Source of the DNA: Felis catus
Taxonomy: Eukaryota
Reading direction: 5' to 3'
Length of the DNA: 64,000 nucleotides
Assembly: GCF_018350175.1 (NCBI RefSeq)
Contig: NC_058368.1
Coordinates: forward strand, 187,986,001 to 188,050,000
The translations under genes were made by a program, and so were the position numbers. The notes under the pieces were generated by a model, which made no database searches, had not been told where the DNA came from, and saw nothing but the letters and a program-made list of their open reading frames with translations. Positions 62,591 through 64,000 of the stretch are shown here, one piece after another; position 1 is the stretch's first letter, and every line of letters begins with the position of its first letter.

Positions 62591-64000
62591 TACACTGATG
62601 AGTTTATAGATTTCAGAGAAAAATCAAATGGAAACTAGCTAAAGCAAAGAAATCCTGTCTACACTTACACTGCTTAATCTGAGGCTGATGCAAAAATTGA
62701 GACTCAAATTGACAGGTGACTCTTGTCTACCCTTGCAGATAGCTGGCTTCATTTCTCTGTTGACTAAAATGAAGTCAGGCATCAGGGCCCCCCTTTAAAC
62801 CACTAGTGCTGGGATACATACGTATTGCTGGGATACATATGTATTGCAACTTAGCTTAAATATCGATTCCTCAAAGAACTCTTTCCTGCAGCTTCCAATC
62901 TAAATAAGTCTCTCCTCTGTCATATGTTGTCATGGCATCCTCTTTTTTTCCCTTTAGAGCAAATATCATTGTTTGAAGCTATATTTGTATTTTTCTGGTG
63001 ACTTTTAGTTTAATATCTTTTATACTCTCCCACCTCCTGGCTGCCTTTAAACTCCAGAAAGGTAGGATTCGTGTGTTTCTTAACCTGGTGACCTAATGTC
63101 TAGCTCAGTGCCTGACATACTACCACTGCTACTAATGTCTAATATTAATTAAATGTGTGTCATGTGTCAAACACTGTTCAAAAGTACTTTACATAAATCA
63201 TTTACTTTCATCTTCAGAACAACTCTGTGATCAGGAACTTTTATTATTCCCATATTATAGGTGAGGAAACAGAATGAGAAACTGGCAGAGTTGAAATTTC
63301 AACCCAGCCATGCTGGTCCCAAAGTCAAGACCAGTCACTAAACATTTGTCAGATAAATAAATGAATCATGGTAAATATTACTGTGTGTGGAGGGGCCTTG
63401 GTACTCAGAACTGTGAGGACATGTATACATTTTCTGGGCTCACCTCCTAGCCCATGCAATAATGTCTGCAATAGCTATTCTGAGAGTTGATTCTTCAGAT
63501 CCTTCTGCAACATTTCTGGCAATGGAGGCTCACTAACTTTTCTAACTGGACAACTCTAACCATTGGGATGCTCTTCCTTACATGACACTGAAATCCATTT
63601 CCATGGTATTTCTACTTGTGGGTATATATTCTACCCTCAGCAGTTTAATAGAATTTTAGTCCTTTCCACATACCTCTGAGAAGAGTTTCCAATTAGATGA
63701 CAGCTTCCATTCTAGTAATAGTTCCAGCTTCTTGCTAAGCCAGAGCGTGTTGGTAACCCTATTAAACCGTGGTGTCCATATCTGGATACAAGATTTCTCA
63801 GGCATGGTTAATGCAGGGTGGGGTAGGTAAGGTGAGGCTACTCATCTCCATATCCATAGGGACGGATGTGCTGCTTGTTGAACTGAAACTGAGTAATTTC
63901 ACAGTGGTAATAAAAATCTCTTTATTTTATAGTTGAAAAGTCTCAAAATAGTTCTGCATGTTTGACATCAGCTGATTTTCTCTACAGTATGACATTTTAC

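Noticed and set aside
1..64000. CRISPR array, prokaryotic defence system or novel multi-gene system
   Set aside because: The sequence is mammalian with a single coding exon. The recurring direct repeats are TSDs, SINEs and microsatellites, not regularly spaced repeat-spacer arrays.

Overview
Mammalian genomic DNA, almost certainly felid, judged from the abundant tRNA-Lys-derived Can-SINEs of felid type and a young carnivore L1. The only protein-coding feature is the first coding exon of the alpha-1B adrenergic receptor gene ADRA1B on the minus strand (ATG at 15757, phase-1 splice donor after 14809), next to a CpG island at about 15780-16500. Bases 1-14808 are part of its large intron, and the exon encoding TM7 and the C-tail lies outside the window. 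Bases from about 16500 to 64000 are upstream sequence rich in Can-SINEs, L1, L2, MIR, MaLR/ERVL LTRs, hAT MITEs and microsatellites. I found no convincing new gene or multi-gene system. The most interesting signals are regulatory: a strong-Kozak 5-codon uORF ending 1 nt before the ADRA1B AUG, a second uORF, a candidate 5'UTR intron, and a distal TATA/MEF2-GATA-AP-1 cluster. There are also several unusual retrotransposition footprints: a re-used target site, a SINE with a probable 3' source tag, triple nesting, and a 155-nt pure pyrimidine tract in place of a SINE tail. Repeat family names and the boundaries of old repeats are judged by eye and are approximate.
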